DNA of 64,000 nt, taken from positions 1,280,001-1,344,000 of the forward strand of contig CAWGJT010000005.1 of assembly GCA_963822965.1 (NCBI GenBank), given 5' to 3'. The position numbers and the translations under genes are program-made. The notes beneath the pieces are model-generated. The model saw only the letters and a list, made by a program, of their open reading frames with translations. It was not told where the DNA came from and did no database searches. The stretch comes from an uncultured delta proteobacterium. Its GTDB lineage: Bacteria; Myxococcota_A; UBA9160; UBA4427. The number at the start of each line of letters is the position of its first letter. The stretch's first letter is position 1. Positions 9,439 through 20,137 of this stretch are shown here, piece by piece.

Positions 9439-11328
9439 CTAGTGTCCCTGGTCTCGCCTCGAGAGGCGCCGCCGACGCAGCACCATCAACGGCGGCAGTA
9501 GGAAGACCAACTCGAATCCGAGGCCGCAGCTGGGGCTCACGTAGTGCTCCGCGAATCCCCAGGGATCGCTGCATTCCGGGTCGTCGGGATAGTCCGTCAG
9601 TCCGTCGAAGTCGTTGTCACCGCCGTCGATGCACGCCGGCAGCTCGCTATCCACACCGTTGGTGCAGTCGAGATCGGCAGAATCGATGCTTCCGTCGAAG
9701 TCATTGTCGACCCCGTCGTCACACTCGCTGTCGCATCCGTCACCGATCCCGTCGCCGTCGGTGTCGTCCTGTCCCGCGTTGACGAACGCGGGACAGTTGT
9801 CTGCCACGTCCGCGACACCGTCGCCATCCCCGTCGGGCGCGATCGTCAGATTCTCGAAGAACTGGTTCGGCAGGCATCCGTCACAGACGGAGGCTCCCTC
9901 CGGCAGGATGTTCTGCATCCAGGTATAGACCCCCATCCATCCGCCGATGGCGTACACATCGAGATCGCCGTCCAGGTCGAAGTCGACCAACTCGGCCTCG
10001 ACACGCTGCGCGACGAACTCGGGGTCTTGCAGAATGTTCTGGCCGCCCAGGTCCGAGCTGAAGGCCGGCGTCGCAGCGCCATCATTCAAGAAGGTATTGA
10101 CGCCACCGCCCCCGGTGACCTCCTGTCCTTCTACCGGGAAGAAGTTCGCGATGAGCACATCGATGTCGCCGTCCTCGTCGATATCACCCAGCTGAGTGTC
10201 CATCAGGATGTTCTGCGCATGGATCGAATCGTTGAAGATCTCGAGCGGAGTGAAGCTCGCGATGCTGCTCCCATCATTCAGGTAGGCCATCACCTGGAGG
10301 AACTCAGCTGCACCGATGGGTCTCGCGCGTCCACTCAGGACCAGGTCGTCGAAGCCGTCGCCGTTCAGGTCAGCCGTCGCGCCGGAATAGGCCTGGATCT
10401 CGTGTGTGAACGTGAGCGCCGCAACATTGTCGATGCCGATTCCGCTGCTGCCGTTGTTGAGGAAGAGCTGCGACGAATCCTCGCCCTGATTGACGGTCAC
10501 GACGTCGAGCAGCAGGTCGTTGTTCGCGTCGACCAGCACGACGCCGCGAGTCGACACATTCGTCGGCGTCGGGAGGTCGTCCGAGTAGAACAGCGGCGCG
10601 ACGCCGCCGGCGACGTCGTTGTAGAAGATCGACGTCACGGAATTCTGGCCGGGTGCTTGAGTGCAATCGATCTCCTTTTCTTGCGCGACGACGAAGTCCA
10701 GGGCACTGCCCTGGTTCAGGTTCCCGACCGCGATGTCCGTCGGGCAGAACGTCAGGGCGGCCGTGAAATCCGGGCTGGCAAGATCGAAATAGGGCGAGCT
10801 CTGGCTGTTGAAGTAGACCTCGACGCGCCTCGTCGTCGTCGAGCCCTCGAATGCCTGGATCAGGTCCGGAAACCCGTCACCATCGAGGTCTCCGAGCGCG
10901 ATGGCTCTGATTGTCGCCGCGGGCGTCGTCGTACCCAACGGAGTCGCGTCGAACCCGGCGCCTTGATCGTTGATTCGGACGACCGTGCCGAAGTACGGAG
11001 CCGAGAGCGCATCCAAGCTGTACTCCACGATGTCGGGGTAGCCGTCCTGATTGACGTCGCCAACCGCCGACGATCCGGTCGCCGCGAAGTTGAAGCTCGG
11101 ATCACCGAGGAAATCGGATGCGTCCTCACCGAAGAACGGAAGCTCGTCTTGACCGACGAGATAGGTCCCCTCGACGATTTCGGTCCGCTCGAGGAAATGC
11201 AGCGGATTGACTTGTGCGAGACCCCGAGTCGCAAGCGACAGCAGGATCAGCACGGCGAGCAAGATAGAGCAGGAAGCCCTCGTTGCGACCTCACCCCACA
11301 CCCGACTGTTGGCTCGTTTCGTGTCCAT
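9439..11328 (-). CDS. Secreted FG-GAP/VCBS-repeat protein with TSP3-like Asp-rich repeats and a C-terminal CGLGxEL-TM-polyR tail
   Basis: Signal peptide; GDVNQDGYPD, GDLDGDGFPD and DLNGDGFDD repeats; ends SCGLGFELVFLLPPLMVLRRRR. Confidence 0.85.
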   Translation of the reverse strand: MDTKRANSRVWGEVATRASCSILLAVLILLSLATRGLAQVNPLHFLERTEIVEGTYLVGQDELPFFGEDASDFLGDPSFNFAATGSSAVGDVNQDGYPDIVEYSLDALSAPYFGTVVRINDQGAGFDATPLGTTTPAATIRAIALGDLDGDGFPDLIQAFEGSTTTRRVEVYFNSQSSPYFDLASPDFTAALTFCPTDIAVGNLNQGSALDFVVAQEKEIDCTQAPGQNSVTSIFYNDVAGGVAPLFYSDDLPTPTNVSTRGVVLVDANNDLLLDVVTVNQGEDSSQLFLNNGSSGIGIDNVAALTFTHEIQAYSGATADLNGDGFDDLVLSGRARPIGAAEFLQVMAYLNDGSSIASFTPLEIFNDSIHAQNILMDTQLGDIDEDGDIDVLIANFFPVEGQEVTGGGGVNTFLNDGAATPAFSSDLGGQNILQDPEFVAQRVEAELVDFDLDGDLDVYAIGGWMGVYTWMQNILPEGASVCDGCLPNQFFENLTIAPDGDGDGVADVADNCPAFVNAGQDDTDGDGIGDGCDSECDDGVDNDFDGSIDSADLDCTNGVDSELPACIDGGDNDFDGLTDYPDDPECSDPWGFAEHYVSPSCGLGFELVFLLPPLMVLRRRRLSRRDQGH

Positions 11329-11580
11329 CCGCAGTCTCCCCCATCCGATCATTCCGACGATCGATTCGTCGACGATCCTAAGGCAAGAGTCGCGCGGAAT
11401 ATTCTTCGGAATTCTTAAGATCGCGGGGACACCGACTTTTGTCGTCGTGGACGAACGGTTCATACACCATGTCGAGTCGCGTTCGCTCGGCTGACGGGGG
11501 GCTCCTCCGGGTGCGAATCGACCCGAGTGTCTGGATCCATTCGTGTCCCGTCATCGCCGACCGCGGGGGATAGGACCCGC

Positions 11581-11613
11581 TGGCGCGATGGCACCACGCA
11601 CATCCCGATGGAG
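11581..11613 (+). mobile_element. Very short IS91-family transposase remnant
   Basis: Encodes WRDGTTHIPME, resembling the WRDGTTH motif of IS91/ISCR transposases; very short. Confidence 0.45.
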
Positions 11614-11681
11614 CGGCGCGAGCGCGAGTCGAGGGAGATCCCACAGTGCTGCCATCGACGAGCCGCTGGTAGCGCGAATCC

Positions 11682-11938
11682 ATCGAGAGGGCGACCGGCG
11701 TCCAGTTCTACTTCGCAACGCCCTACCACTCATGGGAACGAGGCAGCAACGAGAACTTCAACGGGCTGCTTCGACAGCACCTGCCGAAGCGAACTAGCCA
11801 AGCAGAAGTCACCCAACGCGACTGTGATCGCATCGCCAAGAAACTCAACACCCGGCCTCGCAAGCGGCTTGGCTACCGCACACCGGAGGAGTGCTTCCTT
11901 GGGGTCTAGCGAATGGTGCACTTCCAACTTGAAGTCAG
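11682..11938 (+). mobile_element. IS30-family 3' remnant (transposase C-terminus and right end)
   Basis: FYFATPYHSWERGSNENFNGLLRQHLPK...LNTRPRKRLGYRTP, stop at 11907-11909, then GGTGCACTTCCAACTTGAAGTCAG. Confidence 0.88.
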
Positions 11939-11955
11939 AGCGCTGTATCAGCGCG

Positions 11956-12636
11956 CTACGGCCCCGTCGCCTGCTGGACACGCTCGACGATCTCGCGGAT
12001 CACGTCCTGGCTCAGCAGCGGATCCATGATTCCAGCGAACACGAACTGGATGCCGATGCCCACGAGCAACAGACCCATGATCCGTGTCAGCACGTTGACT
12101 CCGGTCGCGCCGAGGTAGCCGACCACCCGCACCGACGAACGCAGCACGAGCCACGACACGAACGCTGTGAGCGCGATCCCCACGACGATCGCAGCGTTCT
12201 CCGCTGGGTGCGCGACCGTGGTCGCCATGCCGATCGTGACCGCGATCGAACCGGGTCCGCTCAGCATGGGCATGGCCACCGGCGTGAAGGCCACGTCCTG
12301 CATCGTCATGGCTTCGGCCTCGGCGTCGGAGTCCAGTTTCCGCTCGGGTTCCGGATCCAACATGCGGAAACCGAGTCGCGCGACGATCAGCCCACCCGCG
12401 ATCCGCAACGCGTGGATCGAGATCCCGAAGAAAGTCAAGATCAGGGTGCCCGCGAGCAGCGCAACCGAAAGCACGGCGAAGGCATAGATGCAGGCCAGAC
12501 GGGCCTGTTGCAGGCGCCGCTTGGAGTTCATGTTCCTCGTCACCGCTACGAATACGGGCGCCGTGCTGAACGGGTTCATGATGGGTAGAAGCGCCCCGAA
12601 GGTCGCCGCGATGAGAGTCAGCCACTCGAGTACCAC
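11956..12636 (-). CDS. marC: MarC family membrane protein
   Basis: IMNPFS, AFTPVAMPMLSGPGSI and TRIMGLLL motifs. Confidence 0.9.
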   Translation of the reverse strand: MVLEWLTLIAATFGALLPIMNPFSTAPVFVAVTRNMNSKRRLQQARLACIYAFAVLSVALLAGTLILTFFGISIHALRIAGGLIVARLGFRMLDPEPERKLDSDAEAEAMTMQDVAFTPVAMPMLSGPGSIAVTIGMATTVAHPAENAAIVVGIALTAFVSWLVLRSSVRVVGYLGATGVNVLTRIMGLLLVGIGIQFVFAGIMDPLLSQDVIREIVERVQQATGP

Positions 12637-12779
12637 GGCGGGACTATAGTGCCAATCGCGCCCCACGGCGTTGCAGGTGGCCGCGGTGGATGTCGTGCCG
12701 AGGCAAGCGCCCCTCCGCGACGGCGCGATCGCCTGCCCGCGAGTTCAAGAAGATCTCGGAGGTCCCCGTTGATCCGGCG

Positions 12780-13208
12780 ATGGCGGTGTTGAAGGCGGAT
12801 CCCGCGGCTTCGTCGGGCGTTGGCAACCTGGTCGTGTGGGGCTCGAGCCTCTTCTTCTCCGCCCGGACACCGCCGGAGGGACCTTCCCTCTGGAAGACGA
12901 ACGGAACAGCTCTCGGCACGGTGCTGGTCCAGGACCCGGTCGCGGGTGGCGGTAGCAGCGGCTCGATCGGGAGGATCGTGAGAGCAGGGTCCCTGCTGTT
13001 CTTCGATGCAGGGCCGGGGCTGTGGCGGAGCAATGGGACGCCCGCTGGCACCTTCGTCGTCGGTCCGTATGGCCTCTCGGAAGCAGTCGCCGTCGGTTCG
13101 AAGCTGTTCTTCACGTTCTTCGAGGACCTGCTGGTCAGCGATGGCACCGTCGCGGGAACGTTCTTGCTGGAGTCGTTCCCACCGGGAAACGGCAACGCCG
13201 CAGCTTGA
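12780..13208 (+). pseudogene. Fragment of an ELWxxDGT-repeat protein
   Basis: SLWKTNGT, GLWRSNGT and LLVSDGT repeats; no signal peptide; ends beside repeat copy C. Confidence 0.65.
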
Positions 13209-13214
13209 GATCGT

Positions 13215-13309
13215 CCCGCCGCTGGGCGCCCGCCTTGGCCCCAGAGGGGATTGACACAACACCACTACTCGGACGTCACGTCAGAACCCGGCTTGTTTGT
13301 CTTATCCTC
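13215..13309 (-). repeat. Dispersed element copy C (inverted)
   Basis: Reverse complement reads GAGGATAAGACAAACAAGCCGGGTTCTGACGTGACGTCCGAGTAGTGGTGTTGTGTCAATCCCC...GCGGCGGG. Confidence 0.88.
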
Positions 13310-13346
13310 CTGAACGTCGGCAGGCGCGTTCCGGGCGCGCGTGGGT

Positions 13347-16300
13347 TCAGGAGCGGCTCGTGGCCTCCCGGCGGACCCGCCGCCGTCCGAGACCGGCGAG
13401 TGCCAGCGATCCGGCGAGCAGGCCGGCGACGAAGCCCGGCTCGGGCACCTCGACGGCGCCGGCGTCGCAGATGGCGCTGCCGTTCATGTCGCCGTCCCTG
13501 GGCCGGGAGACTCCGCGCTGGTCCAGCGTCGGACAGTCGACGGGATCACCCGCATCGATGGCAGGGCTTCCGGTGGCTGGGAGGTGCGTGAGGGTGGAGC
13601 CCCCGTTGTAGGCGAGAACCTCGAGCATCGGATCCGCAAGGACCTGGTCCGTGCCAGCCGTCAGGTTGCAGTCTCCGGCGGCGGTGTCGGTCACGTTGTA
13701 GCCGAAGGAGGTGACGGCGCCGGGATTGAACGAGCACTGGTCGAGACTTCCCCCGGCGACGTTGCCAGCGATGATGCTGTTGTGAAGGACCGAGAGATCG
13801 AGCAGGAACAAGGCGCCCGGCGCGAAGTCGGACGAGTTGTCGTAGATCGTGCTGCTCTCGATGATCGCCCGCTGCGCGAAGAAGGCACCGGTCGAAGCTG
13901 AATCGTTTCGGCTCACGGTGCTGTTCTCCAGGAAGAGATCGACGAACTCCCCGGCTCCGCCGTTGGTCGAGATCGTTGCGGTGTTGTCGACGATGGCGCT
14001 TCCCGTGACGCGTGCATCCGCCAGGTAGAGTGGCAGCGCGCCGGAGTTGAATGTCACCGTGGATTCGACGACCTCCACTGTGTACGGTTCGGTCGGAGAG
14101 AACGTGCCGCTGTGAACGGAGCTGATCGCGGAGCCCCGGCGCGCGTCGTTTCCGAACAGGAACAGCCGCTCGACGCGAAGGTCTCGACTGGTGGCGATCG
14201 CGCCGCCGTTGTCGAGTCCGGCGTCGCCCCCGGTAATCGAGACGTCCTCGATCCGCGCCAGGTCGGGCGCGTTGGTCGGCGTGTGATCGGGCGTGCCCAC
14301 GTCGAAGACGCGGTCGAGCCCCGCGCCATTCACGATCGTGGATCCGGTTCCGGCTCCACGGATCGAGACCGGCGTGTCCAGGTCCAGGTCTCCGGTGGCG
14401 GCGATGTCCTCGTCGGTGCCCGCGATCGAGAGAAGGTGCGTCCCCGCACCGAGCTCGATCTCGTTCATCCCCGGGATCTCGTTCGCCTGTTGGACCGCGG
14501 CGCGCAGGGTGCAGGTCAGCCCGACGGTCTGGCACAGGTCGTCGGTCGGGTCGTCGTCGACTGCGTCCGTCAGGTCGTCCACCACGAAGGGAGCCGTCAC
14601 CTCGTATGCGCCGATGTCGCACAAGAAGACGTCGTTGCCGCCGATGTTCGTGCGCGGCCGACCGCGGGGATGGCCCCTCTGGTCCAGCATCTGTTGGCAG
14701 TTCATTCGGATCTCGGAGCTCACGGCGTCGATTGCGGGACTGCCCGGCAGCAGCGCCATCGTCGGGGTGGGGCCTCCATTGTCCTGGAGCGGGCCGATCA
14801 TCGGGCTCGTGTTCGGGAAGTTGGGCATGTCGACACCGGATACGAAGCCGCAGGTGTTCATGTCCTCCAGGTTGAAGGCGCCGAACGCGGGAGCGCTTCC
14901 GGCGCAATTGCCGCCGGAGTTCTGGGCGACCAGCGCGTCTCGAAGAAGACGCCGCTCTGGTTGAAGACACCCTCGCCGTTGTTCGCGGCGATGGTGTCCG
15001 AATCGAGCAGGGTCTGTCCGAGTGGCGTAGACCCCGGCGCCCGTCGGTGCGGTGTTGTCCGACAAGGTGCTGAAGCGGACGAACGCTCCGGCGGCGTCAT
15101 GGTCGCCCCGCCCCGAGATGTTGCTTAGTTGCCGAAGAAGGCGCTGTGCTGCACCTCGCCTGAGCCCCCCATGTAGATACCGCCACCCCGGGCGGCCTCG
15201 TTGTTCGAGAACTCGACGTAGTCGACCTCGTAGGACGTGGTCACGACGTAGAGACCGCCTCCGTCTTCGCCCGCCACGTTTCCCGTCACTCGCGAGCGGA
15301 GAAGCGAGAAGGATCCGGACCCGACCCAGATCCCGGCGCCATCTTCCTCGGCCTGGTTGCCGGAGATCTCGCTGTCCGAAATGCGGAGCTGGGCAGCATG
15401 CCTGCGCTCGCGATGCCACCCCCGTCGTTCCCGACGGTTCCGAGGTCGACGGTGGTCTGATTCCCGGTGATGCGACTGCGGTAGATGGCGAGGTTTCCCT
15501 CGTTCGCGATGCCACCGCCAACCGCGGCCGTGCCGCCGCTCAGCTCGACCCCGATCAGCTGAACCGGAGAGGCGCTGGACTCGTTCCAGAGCACTCCGCC
15601 GAGCTGCGAGGTGTCGGCGGCGTTGCCCCCTCGCAGGGCGAGGTTCCAGAAGATGACGTCGTCCGCACTCGCGTGGACGTGGAAGAGCCGGTCGATCGCA
15701 CCGCCCCCCGTGCCGTCGATGATCGAGTATTTCGCGGAGCTGCCCCGGATCTCGACCTTCTCCAGAACGTCGAGATCCCCGGTCACGGCGTTGTCCTCGT
15801 CGTTGCCCGAGCTGAGGTCGACGATGTGCGTGCCCGGCAGGACGTAGATCGAGTCGGTGACGACCGCGGAGCCGGCGGTGCAGGCATCGACGCTCACATT
15901 GTCGTTGGCGCTGCGAATCGCCTCGCGCAGCGTGCAGGTTCCGTTCGCGGTGTCGTTGTCATCCACGAAGTCCGTTGCCGTGATGAGGGCGGCGCGGCCC
16001 GTTCCCGGGACGAGGATGGCCAGGACGAGCACGAGGAGCGCGGTCCCGGAGCGTCCGAACCGCCATGCGACCGCGAGCCCGATCAGGTACAGCAGGCCGG
16101 TCCCCGGCTCAGGCACCATACTGCCCTCGTACGCGATGAGGGTTCCCGCCACGCCGATACAGGCTGCAGTGCCGCCCGAGAGCGTGTTGTACGCACTGGT
16201 ATGGAAGTCCTCGAGCCCCGCCGTCAGCGGCGTGTCTTGCGGGGGTACGGCCTCGGTCGTATTCGTGCGCACGTCGTTGAAGCGGATCTCGCTTCCGATC

Positions 16301-16752
16301 TCGATCAGGAAGTCGTCGTAGATGTTCGGGTCCCAATAGATGGTGTTGAACTCTGCGATGAGTAGAACCGCTCCGCCGTTCGTGACGAACTGCGCGACCG
16401 CGCCGATCTCGCTCGCCGTGTAGTCGAGCGGCGTGCTGAAGTTGTTCGTTACGACGAGCAGGGCCACCGTGGACAGGAAGCTGATCGTGATCACCGCGCT
16501 CGACTCGATCGCGCTCACTCCGGGCAGTTCGTCCCAATGGGTGCGGAGTGTCGGCTGCTGCACGGCCCCGCGCGAGAACACGACGCTGGTCTGCGGGCCG
16601 AGCACTGCGTCGAAGAACGAGAAGTTGTCCTGGGCGCTCACGTCGCCCACCACCGTGATCATCCCGGCCTGTGCCCGAAGCGGTGCCGCGATGGCGATCG
16701 CCAGCAGGAGGAGTGCCTCGAACGTCCGTACGCGAGTGCCCGATTGCTTCAT
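13347..16752 (-). CDS. Large surface protein with CSLREA and choice-of-anchor-Q-like domains, an internal and a terminal PEP-CTERM; frameshifted at ~14900-15420
   Basis: Signal peptide; internal VPEP at 16105-16116; CTLREAI and CTLRAAV; LQDNGGPTPTMALLPGSPAID and CDIGAYE; terminal VPEP-TM-RRR. Joins ORFs 15286..16752 and 13347..15521. Confidence 0.75.
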
Positions 16753-17109
16753 CTTCTACTCCTTCGCCGCGGGCGCCAGCTCCGGCAGAGGGTGCGCCGC
16801 CGTTCCGACCATGTAGCCGCCCGCGCGGGTGGTCAGCGCCAGCGACAGCGCCTCGGCCAGGGTGTCGCCGTCGTTCCGGATGGTCAGGTGATGCGACTTC
16901 CCTGGACCCGGGCGGACGCGATGGCGAGCTCATCGGCCTTCGCCCCTTCGGGGAGAAGGCCGATGGCCGAGACGACGGCTGAGATCAGGACGCTGACAGC
17001 GAGGCGGCTCAAGCGAATACGTCCTTCCGTGATTCACGGTCAGACGTACGTGAAGACGCTCCCGACTTCTGATCTCCGGCTGATGATCCGGTGATCAGAT
17101 GCCCGAGGC

Positions 17110-17445
17110 GGCTTGTGGGGCGGTAGGCCTCCGGCTACGAGCACCTCCTGGAAGCGTGGAGCGTCCGGTAGGGGTCGAAGACGGGCTCTTCGATCACGTA
17201 CCAGAGGTGCCAGTCGGCCTGCTCGGCCAGGCACTCGAGCATCCGCTCCCGCTCGCCCAGCAGCGCCCAGGCCATGGCCGTCCCCATGGCATCGACCCGA
17301 CAGGCGCGGCACGTGCGCGCAATGTCGATCTCGAGCAGCAGCCGCAAGCTGGCGTCGCGGCCGAAGAGACGACCGTAGATCCGGGCCAGCGGTCGAGCGC
17401 GGCGTCACGAGCAGGAAGGCCTCCCGTGCCTCTTCCAGCCGACCG
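17110..17445 (-). pseudogene. C-terminal fragment of a TPR-type/regulatory protein
   Basis: Frameshifted pieces GRLEEAREAF and ALLGERERMLECL..EPVFDPYR. Confidence 0.4.
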
Positions 17446-17562
17446 CTCGCGAAGCTGAGCCTGGCGCGCATGATCGCAGCCACCGTGCTGCGGATGCGGA
17501 AGGACGAGGAGAAGTACGACCCCGGGCGAGCTGGCCAGCCCGCCGAGACACCCGAAGGCTAG
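17446..17562 (+). mobile_element. IS110-family transposase C-terminal remnant
   Basis: LAKLSLARMIAATVLRMRKDEEKYDP resembles the IS110 C-terminal helix ending YDP. Confidence 0.55.
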
Positions 17563-17824
17563 AGGCCCGGGGAATCGTCAAGAGGACAACCACTTCATCA
17601 CGCAGCGGCGAAGCGTGTTCGCAGTCTCCCTCCGGGGCCCAGTGGCGGGGCGGCACATTCAGTGCCACCTACACGGGCTCCTGTCTTGATTGCATGAACC
17701 AGCTCGGGTCGGTCAGCGGCAGTCGCTAGAGAGGGGTTCCAGGCACGACCCGCCGGACGTCCTCCGCCGCTCGAGCGTCCGACTTCGTCGGGCGCGCATG
17801 CGCGGGCCGGGCAACGGCTTCCCG

Positions 17825-17870
17825 TGGTGCCCCCGGCAGGATTCGAACCTGCGATCCTCGGTTCAGGAAG
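17825..17870 (-). other. 3' half of a tRNA-Arg(CCT)-like gene; probable att site relic
   Basis: Reverse complement CTTCCTGAACCGAGGATCGCAGGTTCGAATCCTGCCGGGGGCACCA: anticodon loop, T-arm and CCA present; no D-arm or 5' half. Confidence 0.75.
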
Positions 17871-18269
17871 CTGCTCGGGGTGGCGCTGAGGGGCTCTCAG
17901 TACCTTGGGCATCCCGAAGTTGGCAAAGCGTGGCAAACCGTGCCCTGGCTGGTCCGTCGGAAGCTACGGAAGGCCGCATCCCGGGCCCGGCCGCCCCGGT
18001 CGACATCGCGCCGACGCTCGCCGCCTGAGTCGGGATCCCCGCGCCGAAGGGCCTCGACGGCCACGCGCTGCCGCTGCGCCGAGGCGCTGCCCGGCACAGC
18101 GAGTCGACCCAGCGGACGCGGTCGCTGCGCTCGCCTGCACGAACACGTTAGGCCGGCGCCCCCGAACCCGACAGGGCGATCCCCGCCTGGCCGCAGTCCA
18201 TCACACAATCATCCAACTCCGGTGACACGGATTCCGGTTAGGGTGAGAGTCGAACAAGGAGGACTGCAC

Positions 18270-19037
18270 ATGCTCCACTGCCCGATCGAAGGCGGCCCCA
18301 GGCGAACCGTCCTGCTCTGGATCGCGTTCCTCGCATTCGCGACGCCCTCGACGGCTCACGCGACGGCGTCCTACTCGGTCACCGCCCAGCTGGTGTTGAC
18401 GCTGGTCACGATGCAGGGAGACGTGAGCGTCACAGCGTACACCGACGGGCCGGTGGACTACGGCGAGTCCACCCTCGGCGCCGCCACGGCCGACATGGCC
18501 GCGGGCATCACCCCCGACCCGTTCGCGGGCACGCGGTTCGGGGTCGGCGACTCGATCGTCCTGGCGGCATCGGCTTCGGGATACGCCCTCGACGGGACGG
18601 CGGACTCCCACATGTTCTACGAAGCGGTTCTCTTCATCGGCTTCGCGACGGGCGGATACGTCGAGTTCGCCTACGACTACGCGCTCGACGCCGACACGGC
18701 GGCGAGCGCGCCCTCCGACGAGGCCGTCGGCACGGCCGCCGCCTACCTCACCGAGGCCGGCGACCCGTACCTGCCCCTCGACAGCGCGCACGGAGACAGC
18801 ACCTCTCCATACGTCTTCGACTTCTTCGGCATGCCGCACCTCACCCCGGTGACGGCCTCCGGAACGCTCGTCATCGATTCCAGCCAGCTCTTCCGAGCGA
18901 GCGTCTGGACCACCGGGCACGCTAGGGCGGTGCCGGAGCCAGCGACCGCGACCCTGCTCGGGCTCGGACTCGGTCTGCTCGCGACCGGGCGACGATCATC
19001 CGGCGGCTCCGAGATGCAGCGGGGGGAGAGCCGATGA
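18270..19037 (+). CDS. PEP-CTERM surface protein
   Basis: AGGAGG RBS, signal peptide ending AHA, VPEPATATLLGLGLGLLATGRR. Confidence 0.85.
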   Translation: MLHCPIEGGPRRTVLLWIAFLAFATPSTAHATASYSVTAQLVLTLVTMQGDVSVTAYTDGPVDYGESTLGAATADMAAGITPDPFAGTRFGVGDSIVLAASASGYALDGTADSHMFYEAVLFIGFATGGYVEFAYDYALDADTAASAPSDEAVGTAAAYLTEAGDPYLPLDSAHGDSTSPYVFDFFGMPHLTPVTASGTLVIDSSQLFRASVWTTGHARAVPEPATATLLGLGLGLLATGRRSSGGSEMQRGESR

Positions 19038-19307
19038 GTCCGACCCTCCGACTCACGTTCGTCCTGTTTGCACTCCTCTCCTTCCTCACCTCGGCCTCCG
19101 TGGCCGACGCCGTGCCGTTCCGCCTGCAGGCCGTGGCAGACGGCGAGGTCTTCGACCACGGGCTCGACGGCTTCGACACGATCGACCCGCTCCTGTCCCG
19201 ATCGAGCTTCAACGCCTGCGCGTTGGGATGCACGGCCCGTCGCTGAGCCGTGCCGTCTTCGAGTTCGACCTCGACGCCCTGCCCCCGGACGTCTCGACGA
19301 GTTCGAT
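19034..19307 (+). pseudogene. Truncated secreted protein, cut at repeat copy D
   Basis: ATGA coupling to the upstream gene, signal peptide, a frameshift, then the repeat. Confidence 0.6.
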
Positions 19308-19393
19308 GGGCATAGGACGAATAAGCCCCGCTTTGGCTGAACGTCCGGGTAGGGGTGTTATGTCAATCTTTCCTCCGGGGTCATGGCGGCGGG
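19308..19393 (+). repeat. Dispersed element copy D
   Basis: GGGCATAGGACGAATAAGCCCCGCTTTGGCTGAACGTCCGGGTAGGGGTGTTATGTCAATCTTTCCTCCGGGGTCATGGCGGCGGG, lying between two truncated genes. Confidence 0.88.
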
Positions 19394-20102
19394 GCTGGAG
19401 TGTCTGGGCGCCCATCAGCTCGAGGGCGAGATTGCTGATGCGCTTGTTGGCTGTCAGCAGATCGGGGTCGATCAGGCTGAAGCGGTCGGCCAGCCCCTCC
19501 ACCTCGTCCTCGAGCACGTCGGCAGGCGCGGCCTTCATCACCAGGCCGATCTTCTCGGCGTCCGCCCCAGTCACGGAGTCCCCTGTCAGCTACAGCCGCT
19601 TCGCCCACTGCGGGCCGCAGTGATACATCCAGAGGTTGTTGGGCAGAGCGCCCATCGCGCGCGCGGCGGGAAAGCCGATCCGAGCATCCTCTGCAGCGAC
19701 CACGATGTCGCACGCCAGGGCGAGATCGGTCCCCCCGGCGAGACAATTGCCGTGCACCTGCGCGATGGAGGGCTTGTGCATCTCCCAGGGCGTCCGGATC
19801 CGGCGGTTGTTCTGCTCGATCAGCCAGATGTCGTCATCGTGGGTGCGGCCCGTTCGACGACCCGGCCGCTTCTTGCCGCCGAGTGCCGTGAGATCGTATC
19901 CGGAGCAGAACGAGGCCCCTTCCCCCTTCAGGATCACGCTGTGCACGGCGCAGTCGTCATCCGCCTCCCACAGCGCGTGCTCGAGCTCTTCCAGGAGCCG
20001 GGGCGTCATTGCGTTGTGCGTCTTGGGACGCGCCAGCGTGATGCGCGCCCGGCCGTCCTCGACCTCGTAGCGGATGTCTTCGTAGCTCGTGTTCACGTCC
20101 AC
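19394..20102 (-). pseudogene. Enoyl-CoA hydratase/crotonase with an internal stop and a truncated C-terminus
   Basis: FCSGYDL and VHGNCLAGGTDLALACD motifs; TAG at 19590-19592; frame runs into repeat D after GAQTLQ. Confidence 0.8.
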
Positions 20103-20137
20103 CCCGTTGCCGTCCTCCTCGGGGTTCGCATTCCTGG

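Noticed and set aside
17825..17900. Functional tRNA gene
   Set aside because: The 5' acceptor strand and D-arm are absent.
19590..19592. TAG in the crotonase as pyrrolysine or readthrough
   Set aside because: Non-catalytic position in a gene that is also truncated; simple nonsense change or error.
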